Positions 29,559-39,800 of a DNA stretch of 64,000 bases are shown here, piece after piece. The translations under genes were made by a program, and so were the position numbers. This DNA is from Candidatus Omnitrophota bacterium. Lineage in GTDB: Bacteria; Omnitrophota; Gorgyraeia; Zapsychrales; Zapsychraceae. Positions within the stretch are counted from its first letter, which is position 1. Every line of letters begins with the position of its first letter. The stretch is taken from positions 5,747 to 69,746 of the forward strand of contig JAJDCA010000026.1 of the NCBI GenBank assembly GCA_029261055.1. Reading direction: 5' to 3'. The notes below the pieces were generated by a model. The model saw only the letters and a list, made by a program, of their open reading frames with translations, searched no databases and was not told the origin of the DNA.

Positions 29559-30230
29559 ATGATTCTTGAGGCCAAAAATGTCCATAAGTGGTATAATCAC
29601 TCCGGCAGTAAACTGCATGTTTTGAATGGTATTGATCTTGCGATTAAGGAAAAAGAAGTTTTATGTATTGTTGGGCCTTCAGGAGCAGGAAAGTCTACGC
29701 TGTTACACATTCTCGGTGGATTGGATTATCCAAATGAGGGGTCAGTTGAATTAGATAATCAAGATTTTTACGGGCTTAAAGATAATGCTCGAGCAGATAT
29801 TCGCAATCAAAAAATAGGATTTGTATTTCAATTTTATCATCTATTGTCTGAATTTACAGCTTTAGAAAATGTTCTTCTGCCGGCATTTATACGAGAAAAA
29901 AAGAAGAAGGGGAAACATTTAGAAAAGAAAGCGTTGGCCCTTCTTGAGCGTGTCGGTTTGGAGGCACGAAGTCAGCATAAGCCGTATCAATTGTCCGGTG
30001 GAGAGCAACAACGTGTTGCGATTGCCCGGGCATTGATCAATGATCCAGAAATTATTTTTTGCGATGAACCGACAGGTAATTTGGATTCACAGTTAGGGAA
30101 TGAAATTATTGATTTATTAATGGAATTAAATAAAGAAAATAATCAGACGCTGGTCATTGTTACACATGCAGAAGAAATTGCACGGCGCAGTCATCGGGTT
30201 GTGCATATTAGAGATGGGAAGTTAACTTAA
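29559..30230 (+). CDS. lolD: Lipoprotein-releasing system ATP-binding protein
   Basis: Walker [13 protein letters not shown] signature LSGGEQQR and Walker B IIFCDEPT. Confidence 0.85.
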   Translation: MILEAKNVHKWYNHSGSKLHVLNGIDLAIKEKEVLCIVGPSGAGKSTLLHILGGLDYPNEGSVELDNQDFYGLKDNARADIRNQKIGFVFQFYHLLSEFTALENVLLPAFIREKKKKGKHLEKKALALLERVGLEARSQHKPYQLSGGEQQRVAIARALINDPEIIFCDEPTGNLDSQLGNEIIDLLMELNKENNQTLVIVTHAEEIARRSHRVVHIRDGKLT

Positions 30231-30330
30231 AGTGACTCGTCGCACGTGGCGCGTGACTCGTTTTTTACGAGCGACGCGTCACTAGCGACGCGACACATAA
30301 GTTGCCGCCGAAGGCGGCTTAAAAAGGGGT
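30231..30330. repeat. GC-rich compound palindromic region (GTGACTCG direct repeats, GACGCGTC palindrome, GCCGCC-GAA-GGCGGC hairpin) between lolD and ilvE
   Basis: Direct reading. Composition differs from the AT-rich surroundings. Confidence 0.5.
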
Positions 30331-30334
30331 TTGG

Positions 30335-31198
30335 ATGAAGATTTATCTTAATGGAAAATTTGTCGGGAAAAATCAAGCTTGTGTTTCTGTATTTGATCAT
30401 GGTTTTTTGTACGGGGATGGCGCTTTTGAAGGTATTCGATCCTATGATCGGCTTGTTTTTAAGTTAAAAGCGCATATTGACCGGCTTTATGAAACGACAC
30501 ATACGCTTATGATTGAAATTCCTTTGACAAAGAAGCAGATGATTAAGGCGATTGTGGATACACTTAAAATTAATAAATTAAAAGATGCGTATATCCGTGT
30601 TATTGTGACACGTGGTGTGGGAGATTTGGGATTGGATCCTCAAAAGTGTGATGGTGGTCCGAATATTATAATTATTACAGATAAAATTACTCTTTATCCT
30701 GAAAAGTTATATGATAAAGGAATGGATATTATTACAGTGCCGACTATACGTAACAATCCGGAAGCATTGAATCCGCAACTGAAATCATTGAATTATCTTA
30801 ATAACATTTTAGCGAAGATTGAAGCTAATAATTCGGGATTTAGTGAAGCTATTATGCTCGATCATCAAGGGTATGTGGCTGAATGCACGGGGGATAATAT
30901 TTTTATTGTAAAAGATAATTGTCTTTCAACCCCGAGTCAAGGGCGGTTGAAAGGAATCACACGTGACACGGTAATGCATTTGGCGACCAAGAGTAAATTA
31001 AAGGTGGAAGAACGTTTTATGACGCGGCATGAAGTTTACACGTCTGACGAATGTTTTTTAACAGGAACGGCTGCAGAGATTATCCCTGTTGTGAAAGTGG
31101 ATGGCAGGATGATCGGTAATGGACGACCCGGCTCGGTGACTACAAAGATTATGAAAATGTTTAAGGTGGTTACACGTAAGGATGGGGTAAAGTATTGA
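30335..31198 (+). CDS. ilvE: Branched-chain amino acid aminotransferase (PLP fold type IV)
   Basis: VSVFDHGFLYGDGAFEGIRSY, the class IV signature. Confidence 0.75.
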   Translation: MKIYLNGKFVGKNQACVSVFDHGFLYGDGAFEGIRSYDRLVFKLKAHIDRLYETTHTLMIEIPLTKKQMIKAIVDTLKINKLKDAYIRVIVTRGVGDLGLDPQKCDGGPNIIIITDKITLYPEKLYDKGMDIITVPTIRNNPEALNPQLKSLNYLNNILAKIEANNSGFSEAIMLDHQGYVAECTGDNIFIVKDNCLSTPSQGRLKGITRDTVMHLATKSKLKVEERFMTRHEVYTSDECFLTGTAAEIIPVVKVDGRMIGNGRPGSVTTKIMKMFKVVTRKDGVKY

Positions 31199-31325
31199 TA
31201 AGAGAAGTAGAGATGTAAAGAGAAGTAAGAAGTAAAGAAGCAAGAAGCAAGAAGCAGAGAGGTAAAGAGATGAATTAACTTTTTTGTTTTTTCTCTGCAT
31301 TTTGCTGCTTGCCTCTTTGCTTCAT
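31199..31325. repeat. Purine-rich arm (GAAGTARAG.. units) plus a complementary pyrimidine-rich arm forming a long imperfect hairpin immediately 5' of the mcsA RBS
   Basis: The same architecture recurs at 46888-47008, 58828-58920 and 61556-61720. Confidence 0.6.
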
Positions 31326-31343
31326 TATAAGAAGGATAAAACT

Positions 31344-31844
31344 ATGCAATGTGATATTTGTGGAAAACGGAAAGCTACGGTTCATTTGACGGAAATTGTT
31401 GATGAACAAATGTCAGAGATGCATTTGTGTGAACAGTGCGCCCGTCAGAAGAGTATGAAAATGGAGCAACAGTTTGGTTTGGCAGATTTATTGTCAGGCC
31501 TGGCAGATTTTAGTAAACATGTTAAAACAGATGTGAAGGAAGTTTTAAAATGTGAGCATTGTGGTATGGATTATGAAGATTTCAGAAAGTTTGGGCGTTT
31601 AGGCTGCAGTGGATGTTATGAATCTTTTCAGGCGCATTTAACAACATTGTTAAAGAAGATTCACGGTTCTAATCATCATTTGGGTAAGTCGCCTCAGAAG
31701 GTTCCTCCTGCTACAAAAAAGAAAATAAAGGATTTTCATAATTTGAAAGATCAGTTAGAACAAGCTATTCAGGTAGAAGATTTTGAAAAGGCAGCTAGGC
31801 TGCGGGATCAAATTCGTGAAATGGAGAAGAAGGGTAAAAAATGA
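31344..31844 (+). CDS. mcsA: Protein-arginine kinase activator McsA (zinc-finger and UVR motif)
   Basis: CDICGKRKA, CEQC and CEHCG Cys clusters; C-terminal UvrB/C motif EDFEKAARLRDQI. Confidence 0.75.
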   Translation: MQCDICGKRKATVHLTEIVDEQMSEMHLCEQCARQKSMKMEQQFGLADLLSGLADFSKHVKTDVKEVLKCEHCGMDYEDFRKFGRLGCSGCYESFQAHLTTLLKKIHGSNHHLGKSPQKVPPATKKKIKDFHNLKDQLEQAIQVEDFEKAARLRDQIREMEKKGKK

Positions 31845-32893
31845 AATTAGATGATTTTATTGATAATACAGGTCAGTGGCTTAAAGGGACAGGTGATCAT
31901 GCCAATATTGTTATGTCATCGCGTATTCGTTTGGCCAGAAATTTAGATTTAAGGCCTTTTCCTAACAGAGCGAAAAAAAAGGAACTTGAAGAAATTTTAA
32001 CCATGGTTAAAGAAGCTATGGACAAAACTGATTTCTTTAAGAAATCCATATTCTTTAAAATTACGGAGTTGGATCAAATTGATAAGCAATTTTTGATTGA
32101 GCGTCATTTGATGAGTCATGAGCATGCGACGAATCCTGAAGGCAAGGCGTTGATTGTTTCGGAAGAAGAGGTGATATCTGTTATGATCAATGAGGAAGAT
32201 CATTTACGTATTCAGGTAATGCAATCGGGGTTTGATTTAGAGGAAACATGGCAAATTGCTAATTCTATTGATGATGGATTGAGTAAGTTGTTAGAGTTTG
32301 CTTATGCTCCTCGGTGGGGGTATTTGACTTCGTGTCCAACGAATACGGGTACGGCTATGCGTGGTTCGGTGATGCTTCATTTACCTGCTTTGGTGATGAC
32401 CAAACAAATTAATAAAATTTTGAATGCCATTTCAAAATTAAATTTTGCGTCCAGAGGTTTTTATGGTGAAGGCACGCAAGCCAGCGGCAATATTTATCAA
32501 ATTTCTAATCAAGTTTCTCTGGGGCATAGCGAACAAGATGTGCTGCAGAATATCAGCGGCTTAATCCGGCAAGTTATCGAGCAGGAAGAGCAGGCTCGTC
32601 AGGCTTTGTTATTACAAAATAAACCGATGTTGGAAGATAAGATTTTTCGATCTAGTGGGATTTTAAAGAATGCGCATATTATTTCGAGTCAAGAGACGGT
32701 CGAATTATTATCTATGATTCGTTTAGGAATTGACCTGAATATTATTAAGAATGTGGAGCGGAAAGATATCAATGAACTCTTTATTATGATTCAACCTGCC
32801 CATTTACAGAAAATTGAAGGAAAAAAACTTAATGCAACAGAGAGAGATACCCGACGAGCAAGTCTCATTAGGGAAAAAATAGGAGGAGAATAA
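31841..32893 (+). CDS. mcsB: Protein-arginine kinase (ATP:guanido phosphotransferase)
   Basis: Phosphagen-kinase fold motifs ([17 protein letters not shown]). Confidence 0.85.
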   Translation: MKLDDFIDNTGQWLKGTGDHANIVMSSRIRLARNLDLRPFPNRAKKKELEEILTMVKEAMDKTDFFKKSIFFKITELDQIDKQFLIERHLMSHEHATNPEGKALIVSEEEVISVMINEEDHLRIQVMQSGFDLEETWQIANSIDDGLSKLLEFAYAPRWGYLTSCPTNTGTAMRGSVMLHLPALVMTKQINKILNAISKLNFASRGFYGEGTQASGNIYQISNQVSLGHSEQDVLQNISGLIRQVIEQEEQARQALLLQNKPMLEDKIFRSSGILKNAHIISSQETVELLSMIRLGIDLNIIKNVERKDINELFIMIQPAHLQKIEGKKLNATERDTRRASLIREKIGGE

Positions 32894-32895
32894 AA

Positions 32896-35316
32896 ATGTT
32901 CAATCGATTTACCGAGCGTGCCAGAAAAGTAATTGTTTATGCTAAAGAAGAGGCAAGAAGATTTAACCACGATTACATCGGCACAGAACATCTTCTTTTA
33001 GGTTTAGTGCGTGAGGGGGAGGGCGTTGCGGCAGCGGTTTTGCAAAAATTGGGTTTGGATTTAGAAACGATACGTATCGAGGTTGAAAAATTAGTCCAGC
33101 CGGGACCTCAGACACAGGTGCTTGGGGATATTCCCTTTACACCGCGGTCTAAAAAAGCGTTAGAACTTTCCGCCGAAGAAGCGAGAGCTCTTGGGCATAA
33201 TTATATTGGTACGGAACATTTGCTTTTGGGATTGGTCAAAGAAGGTGAAGGCATGGCCTACCGTGTTTTATTGAATTTAGGTTTGGATTTAGGGAAACTA
33301 CGTAATGAAGTTATGGAGTTGTTAGGCTCAGGGATCCCTGGATATGGCGGACAGGAGCAGGTTAGTAAATCGGATAAAACGCCTGCTATTGATGCGTATG
33401 GCCGTAATTTAAATAAATTAGCCAAAGACGGAAAGTTAGATCCGGTGATCGGGCGCGCAGAAGAAATTCAACGTATTCTTCAAATCTTAAGCCGTCGTAC
33501 AAAAAATAATCCGGTTTTATTGGGGGAAGCCGGTGTTGGAAAAACAGCCATCGTCGAAGGTTTGGCACAACTCATCGTTAATGGTGATGTTCCTGAGCTA
33601 TTACGTGATAAGAGTATTGTGATGCTTGATTTAGCATTAATGATTGCAGGGACAAAATATCGCGGTCAATTTGAAGAACGGATTAAAGCGATTATGGAAG
33701 AAATTAAACGTTCTGGAAAAATTATTTTATTTATTGATGAGCTGCATACGCTGGTTGGTGCTGGAGCTGCTGAAGGGGCCATTGATGCGGCTAATATTCT
33801 TAAGCCTGCTTTAGCTCGTGGAGAAATTCAGTGTGTTGGAGCCACTACACTTGATGAATATCGGAAGCATATCGAAAAAGATGCAGCTCTTGAAAGACGG
33901 TTTCAAACTATTACGGTGGAGTCACCCACTGTGGAAGAGGCCATTTTGATTCTTAAAGGGCTACGGGATAAATATGAAGCGCATCATCGTGTAAAGTTTT
34001 CTGATGAATCTTTAGATGCAGCCGTACGTCTTTCGGAGCGGTATATTTCCGGGCGTTCTTTACCTGACAAAGCCGTTGATATTCTAGATGAGGCTGGTGC
34101 TCAGGCGCGTCTTAAGGCAATGGTTGTGCCTTCCGGAGTCAAAGAATTAGAAGCAGAAATTGAAAAACTTCGAGAAGAAAAAGAGGACCATATCAAGAGT
34201 CAAGATTTTGAAAAAGCAGCACAAATGCGTGATTTGGAGCGTGAAAAACGCGAAAAATTAAAAGGTGTTAAGACGGAATGGTCTGAAGAGCGGGATAAAT
34301 CAACATTGACTTTGGGTTATGAAGAAATTGCTAAAATTGTTTCTCAATGGACAAAGATTCCTCTTGTTCGATTAGAAGAAAAAGAAACACAGAAGCTTTT
34401 GAAGATGGAAGATCAGATGAAGGGTGTTGTGATTGGCCAAGAAGAAGCCATTGGTGCCATAGCGCGTGCCGTAAGACGTTCCCGTGCGGGCATTAAAGAT
34501 CCTCGTCGACCCATAGGGTCTTTTGTTTTCTTAGGACCTACCGGTGTGGGGAAGACACTTTTGGCACAAGCATTAGCGGAATTTATGTTTGGCGGAAAAG
34601 ATGCTGTTATCCAGATTGATATGTCTGAGTATATGGATAAATTTAATGTTTCTCGCCTTATCGGTGCGCCACCGGGATATGTTGGATATGAAGAAGGTGG
34701 GCAGTTAACAGAGAAAGTAAGACGTAAACCTTATTCGGTTGTTCTTCTTGATGAAATTGAAAAGGCGCATCCGGATGTTTTTAATTTGTTATTACAGGTT
34801 TTTGAAGAGGGACGGTTAACCGATAGTTTGGGGAGGAAGGTTGATTTTCGTAATACGATTATCCTTATGACATCTAATGTTGGGGCGGATATGTTACGTA
34901 AGCAGGGGTCTTTAGGTTTTGTGGCCCCTAAAGAAGAGGTAACGCATGATGACATGAAAGGTCGATTGTTAGAAGAAGTCAAAAAAACATTTAAGCCCGA
35001 ATTTTTAAATCGTGTTGATGATATTATTGTTTTTAGATCATTGACGAAAGAAAATCTCTACGGCATTGTTGAATTAGAGATTAATGCTGTTCAAGATCGC
35101 CTGAAAGAAAAAGATATGAGCATTGAACTTTCCAAAGATGCTCTTGAACTCCTTATTGAAAAAGGTTTCGACCCGGTTTATGGTGCGCGGCCGCTTAAAC
35201 GGACAATTCAACGGCTTTTAGAAGACCCTCTTGCTGAAGATATGATTTCTGGTCGATTTAAAGACGGTGATAAAATAAAGGGTGCCCGCAAAGGCGATAA
35301 ATTGGAATTTAAGTAG
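32896..35316 (+). CDS. clpC: ATP-dependent Clp protease ATP-binding subunit ClpC
   Basis: Duplicated Clp-N repeats, two AAA+ modules ([17 protein letters not shown]) and a UVR linker motif. Confidence 0.9.
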   Translation: MFNRFTERARKVIVYAKEEARRFNHDYIGTEHLLLGLVREGEGVAAAVLQKLGLDLETIRIEVEKLVQPGPQTQVLGDIPFTPRSKKALELSAEEARALGHNYIGTEHLLLGLVKEGEGMAYRVLLNLGLDLGKLRNEVMELLGSGIPGYGGQEQVSKSDKTPAIDAYGRNLNKLAKDGKLDPVIGRAEEIQRILQILSRRTKNNPVLLGEAGVGKTAIVEGLAQLIVNGDVPELLRDKSIVMLDLALMIAGTKYRGQFEERIKAIMEEIKRSGKIILFIDELHTLVGAGAAEGAIDAANILKPALARGEIQCVGATTLDEYRKHIEKDAALERRFQTITVESPTVEEAILILKGLRDKYEAHHRVKFSDESLDAAVRLSERYISGRSLPDKAVDILDEAGAQARLKAMVVPSGVKELEAEIEKLREEKEDHIKSQDFEKAAQMRDLEREKREKLKGVKTEWSEERDKSTLTLGYEEIAKIVSQWTKIPLVRLEEKETQKLLKMEDQMKGVVIGQEEAIGAIARAVRRSRAGIKDPRRPIGSFVFLGPTGVGKTLLAQALAEFMFGGKDAVIQIDMSEYMDKFNVSRLIGAPPGYVGYEEGGQLTEKVRRKPYSVVLLDEIEKAHPDVFNLLLQVFEEGRLTDSLGRKVDFRNTIILMTSNVGADMLRKQGSLGFVAPKEEVTHDDMKGRLLEEVKKTFKPEFLNRVDDIIVFRSLTKENLYGIVELEINAVQDRLKEKDMSIELSKDALELLIEKGFDPVYGARPLKRTIQRLLEDPLAEDMISGRFKDGDKIKGARKGDKLEFK

Positions 35317-35330
35317 GATGATTATTTTTT

Positions 35331-36392
35331 ATGCACATTTTAAAAGTTTTTGCATGCACATTTATTTTTATTATTTTTATCGCGAGGCTGTCTTTTTCAG
35401 AAACTATCCTATCCTTTGAAGGGCAGATGAATTTCAAGGAGGAGCGGCTTCAGGTTAAATTGAAGCCGCTTCATTTTTTGTCCGGTCCTTCGTCTTCTGT
35501 AGGTAGTGGCACAGTTCCGTCCTTAATTGAAGCTAATGATGATAAAAGTGCTGTTGTTCTTAAGGCTGAAAAGACATCAAAGAATGAATATCGTCTTTTA
35601 TTTAACATCGAGCATTTAAGGACGCCCTTGTTTGATATTTCTAGCCAAATTGAGAGCAGGCTTAGAATGTCCAGGTCTTCAGAGAATAAAAATATTTTTC
35701 TGGAGGGAGATGTTTCGAGCCAATATTCCCTCATCGATTTTGAACCTATCAACGAATTTAATGGAAGATTTGTCATAGCTGATAGCAATCAAGCGTATAA
35801 AAAGTTGATTGTTCCTAGGTTATCTTTTGGAAATGTTACTTGCCAAGGGGTGGTAGACCTTAAATATCCGTTTAAAATAGATCTTGTTGTAAATTTGAAC
35901 TCTGTTTTAATGAAAGATTTTCTTGGTTTTTGGGTTCGGAACAAAAAGCATGATTCCTCTGGAATTGTCTCTGGGAAAATTAAAGTTTTAGGTGATTTAA
36001 GCCGGGTAATTTTAAAGGGTGATTTAGAGAGTTATGATGGGCATATTAAAAAATTATCATTTAATAATATTCACTTAAATATTGGTGGGGTTTATCCTCA
36101 TATGAAGATTACAGATTCCACTCTTTCGAAAGCCGATGGATTGAGTGTTTCATTTGATGGGCCTTTTAATTTGGCAGATCGTAAAAATTTTAAGAAACAG
36201 CTCAAAGCTTTGACGCTTGCTCCATTGATTAAAGAAAGTGGGCTAGATTCAGAATGGACCATACGACGTTCAGAAAGAGATGATCAGGCTACGACAGAAC
36301 TTAAATACCTTTTGAGAAAAGAAAAAGGCTTTGGCGACACCGGGCCGGACAGTTTAGATGTATTAGGGATTGAAAGAACGATGGAGTTTTGA
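35331..36392 (+). CDS. Hypothetical secreted protein (353 aa)
   Basis: Hydrophobic N-terminus MHILKVFACTFIFIIFIARLSFS. I recognise no domain. The sequence is AT-rich. Confidence 0.5.
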   Translation: MHILKVFACTFIFIIFIARLSFSETILSFEGQMNFKEERLQVKLKPLHFLSGPSSSVGSGTVPSLIEANDDKSAVVLKAEKTSKNEYRLLFNIEHLRTPLFDISSQIESRLRMSRSSENKNIFLEGDVSSQYSLIDFEPINEFNGRFVIADSNQAYKKLIVPRLSFGNVTCQGVVDLKYPFKIDLVVNLNSVLMKDFLGFWVRNKKHDSSGIVSGKIKVLGDLSRVILKGDLESYDGHIKKLSFNNIHLNIGGVYPHMKITDSTLSKADGLSVSFDGPFNLADRKNFKKQLKALTLAPLIKESGLDSEWTIRRSERDDQATTELKYLLRKEKGFGDTGPDSLDVLGIERTMEF

Positions 36393-36396
36393 TTTT

Positions 36397-36490
36397 ATTT
36401 AGGAATTTTGATGCTTTAACGAAATTCCAAACGGGTTTAATACCCCGCAGCTCGCTGCAGCTGATAGGGTTCAGGGCTTGCCTTGGGGTT
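36397..36490. repeat. Divergent copy of the post-stop hairpin repeat family (GGAATTTT...GAAATTCC, GGGTTTAATACCC, GCAGC-TC-GCTGC)
   Basis: Same architecture as 25067-25135 and 58753-58821. Confidence 0.5.
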
Positions 36491-36648
36491 CATGCCTTTG
36501 ATTTTAAGAAATATACGTTTTAAGAAAGAATTGTATCATTATCTGATAAAACAAGTTACAAAATATTTAAATTTACCTGCCTGAAAATAATTTTATAACA
36601 TGATTTATTGTAATGAGTTATGAAATTCTTCATTAAATTCCCCTCCTC

Positions 36649-36676
36649 TTGACACTTGCCAGAAATATGTTATCTT
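36649..36676 (+). promoter_or_regulatory. Promoter TTGACA-N16-TGT-TATCTT (extended -10) of the giant gene
   Basis: Aligns with TTGCCG-N16-TGT-TATCCT at 61431-61458 upstream of the paralogue. Confidence 0.5.
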
Positions 36677-36682
36677 TTCAGT

Positions 36683-36765
36683 ATATTAGTAAGAAAACGC
36701 TTTTTTCCACAAAATTGTACCAATAGCTCTGTCTATCGACAGGTAGTCCTGCCACGGATTGGTTA
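36683..36765 (+). promoter_or_regulatory. Conserved structured 5' leader (GAAAA..TTTTC hairpin; ACCAAT ... ATTGGT closing stem around an internal CTGTC-TATC-GACAG hairpin; GCCACGGATTGGT)
   Basis: Duplicated at 61465-61546. The internal hairpin is replaced there by a different palindrome, CCTGCATGCAGG. Confidence 0.5.
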
Positions 36766-36847
36766 TGAGTTGTAAATAATCAGTACATATTTATTTACAA
36801 TCTCTTAAATTTTAAAAAAATAAATGTAGAGATGTACGTCTTTAATT

Positions 36848-36868
36848 AAACGTAGCAACGCTACGTTT
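36848..36868 (+). promoter_or_regulatory. Perfect 9-bp hairpin AAACGTAGC-AAC-GCTACGTTT 10 nt upstream of the RBS of the giant gene
   Basis: Direct reading. Confidence 0.5.
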
Positions 36869-36887
36869 CTACAACATAGGAGAAGAA

Positions 36888-39800
36888 ATGAATATTTACA
36901 TAAAAAAACAACGTTTTTGTAGTATTTACAGGATTTTATCCGCATTTATTGCCGTAGCATTCTTAACCACCACCATTGTGCCGCAAGGATATGCCAATAC
37001 AGTGATCAGTGCGCCATTGTCAGGGATCAATTTGCCTGTGCCAGGTACTATGCTGGGAATGACCGAAAGTTTTACGCCGGTTATGGTTAAGGGTGTGACC
37101 ATTCATCCGGACAATCCGCTGCGGTTTGATTTTATTGTGGATACGGGAAATACAGAATTAGGTCAGGGCGATGCTTTGCAGGAAGAAACCACCAAATTGG
37201 TCAAATATTTTTTGGCCGCGTTGACAGTGCCGGAAAAAGAGATGTGGGTCAACCTCAGTCCGTATGAAAAAGATCGTATTATTGCCGATGGTCTGGGGCA
37301 AACCGATATGGGCCGCGATATGTTGGCACAAGACTATCTACTGAAACAAGTTACAGCTTCACTCATGTATCCGGAAGAAGAGCTAGGCGAAAAGTTTTGG
37401 ACGCGTGTGTATGCGCGCGCACAAGAGGAATTTGGGACAACCGATATTCCGATGAACACGTTTAATAAAGTTTGGATAGTGCCGGAAAAGGCCGTTGTGT
37501 TCGAAGATGAAAAAACATCAAGCACGTATGTGTTGGAAAGCCATTTGAAGGTCATGTTGGAAGAAGATTACGAGGCAATGGAACATAATGTGGATCGTAG
37601 GGGTTTGATTCATCAAACCCAAGATAAGGGCATGATAAATCATGCCCCTACGGATATCATCCGCGAACTCCTCATTCCCGAAATCGAAAAAGAAGTCAAT
37701 CAAGGTAAAACCTTCGCCAATTTACGTCAAATCTACAACTCCATGATCTTAGCCGCATGGTACAAACAAAACCTCAAAGACAGCCTATTAGGCAAGATCT
37801 ACATGGATCAAAACAAGACCAAAGGCATCGACACCGAAGACAAACAAATTACCCAAAAAATTTACGATCAATACATATCCTCCTTCAAAAAAGGCGTGTA
37901 TGACTACATTAAGGAAGACTATGATTCAGCTACGCAGCAAGTTGTGCCAAGAAAATATTTCTCCGGAGGGCTGAAGATGGGGATTGATCTTTCAATGTTG
38001 GATACCAAAAAAGGACGTGGAAATATTACAAGACTTGATGCAGAAAATGTGGGAGAAATTTTAAAATTTGGATACGACATGGTTGATTTAGGCATGGGTT
38101 CCGCAAAGATTGTAAAAATCAAACAGGCGATTAATAATGCAACGTATGGGGATAACTCCATGGTAGCAAGTGAACAAGGGCTGAAAATATCTCAATATAT
38201 CCGGGAGGGGTTTGATAGTGACGTGGAAAGAGAAAAAAGAGCAGCAGTTATTGAAGCACTTTATGATCATGTGGATGTTTTACGAAAACAGTTTAAATCA
38301 GCTTCAGCTGTCGCTGATCTTCCTGTTTTTTTTCGGACAATTTCAGATTATTTGGAGAATGAAGCATTTTTAGAAATATTAAAAGAAAAGGTTTTGACTG
38401 AAGAAAAATACAACACAAGAATATCGACAGAAGATGATTTTTTAAAGGTTATTGCGGAATTTAAAGAGATCTTAGAGATAAAATCTAGCAGCACGATAGT
38501 TGAATCTGGTGTTTGGACAGCAGTGGAAAAAATAGCAGAGATATCATTTTATTTTAGTGGTTTACACGAAACAAAATGGTCTGCAACTTATCATAAAAGT
38601 AACATTGCTATGTTTTTGGCAGAAGGGATCATGGCAGAGTCAAAAGATGTAGAGAAAGAAAAGAAAATAAAAGAAAACGCTCTTAATCTTCTAGAGGGTA
38701 CAAAGAGTTTGTTTGATCGTATTCTTTTGAACGAAAAAAATGAAGAGTATACAGATGTATTCAAAAACCTTAATCAAAAGTTAGTCAACAATATAAAAAT
38801 TTTAGACTTAGAAAGTGAGGCGGCGAAGTTGCAATATTCTCTTGAGGAATACGAAGAAGACCTGGATGCATTTGAAAATAATTTGAATCAACATTTATTT
38901 GATGTTTTTCAAGAATTTATGGGGGATATTCCAAAAGTGGATGGTTTTATTAAGGAAGTAAGAAAAACACTTAATAATATTCAAAATAAAACAGGGAGTA
39001 GATTGAAACTCATCGCTGAAGAATTGAATAAAGCGATTGATGCTTTGGAGTTGGATGTCGCCATGAGTACAGAGGTGACGTCGCTTTCTGACGAAGGTGT
39101 TAAGCTTACTCAATGGGATGATATGGATGAATGGATCTTGGCGGGAGGGAGTGGATGGGGTAGTACATACAATAGAGATCAGGAGATACATGATGGAAAT
39201 TCTTATTTTACTGATACAGCAATAGAAGAAATTTATTATCGAGACAAAATTAATTCTTCTGGTAAGGTTATGGTTATAAAACTTAAATTAAAGGTTATAG
39301 AAACAATAGTTAAAGATAAAAAAATAGACATTAATGTTCCAGAGGTGATTATTGAAACAAATGAGAATAAAGAATTTGATATTGTTGTGAACGCTGATAA
39401 AAGAAAAATAAATTTTATGATTTGGAAGGCAAAATATAATATTACGATTGTTTTTAAGGATTCTAATAGTGAATTTCAAAAAATATTTTTAAATTTTGAT
39501 AAATATCAAAATATTATGAAAAATCCCGAGTCTTTTCGTAAAATTATACAGGATAAATTTATAGCAAGTGAGTATCTGGTGAAGTTAGTAGAAGAAAAAC
39601 TTGGGGAGATAGTGCAAGATGCTACAAATTCTCTTGATCCGATAGAGCTGAACAGTATTATGTCTGAAATTAATAATGTTAAAGAAATTTTGACCCAAGA
39701 AAAGGAAAATACAGAATTCTTAAATAAAATAAAACAAAAATTAAAAAATTTATTTTTAGCTATGGGGTCAGTTAATAGGCGGAAGAAGATAGAATTTATT

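Noticed and set aside
31199-31325. Purine-rich repeat upstream of mcsA as a CtsR operator
   Set aside because: It has no GGTCAAA heptad direct repeat, and no ctsR gene is present. The same element family also precedes unrelated genes.
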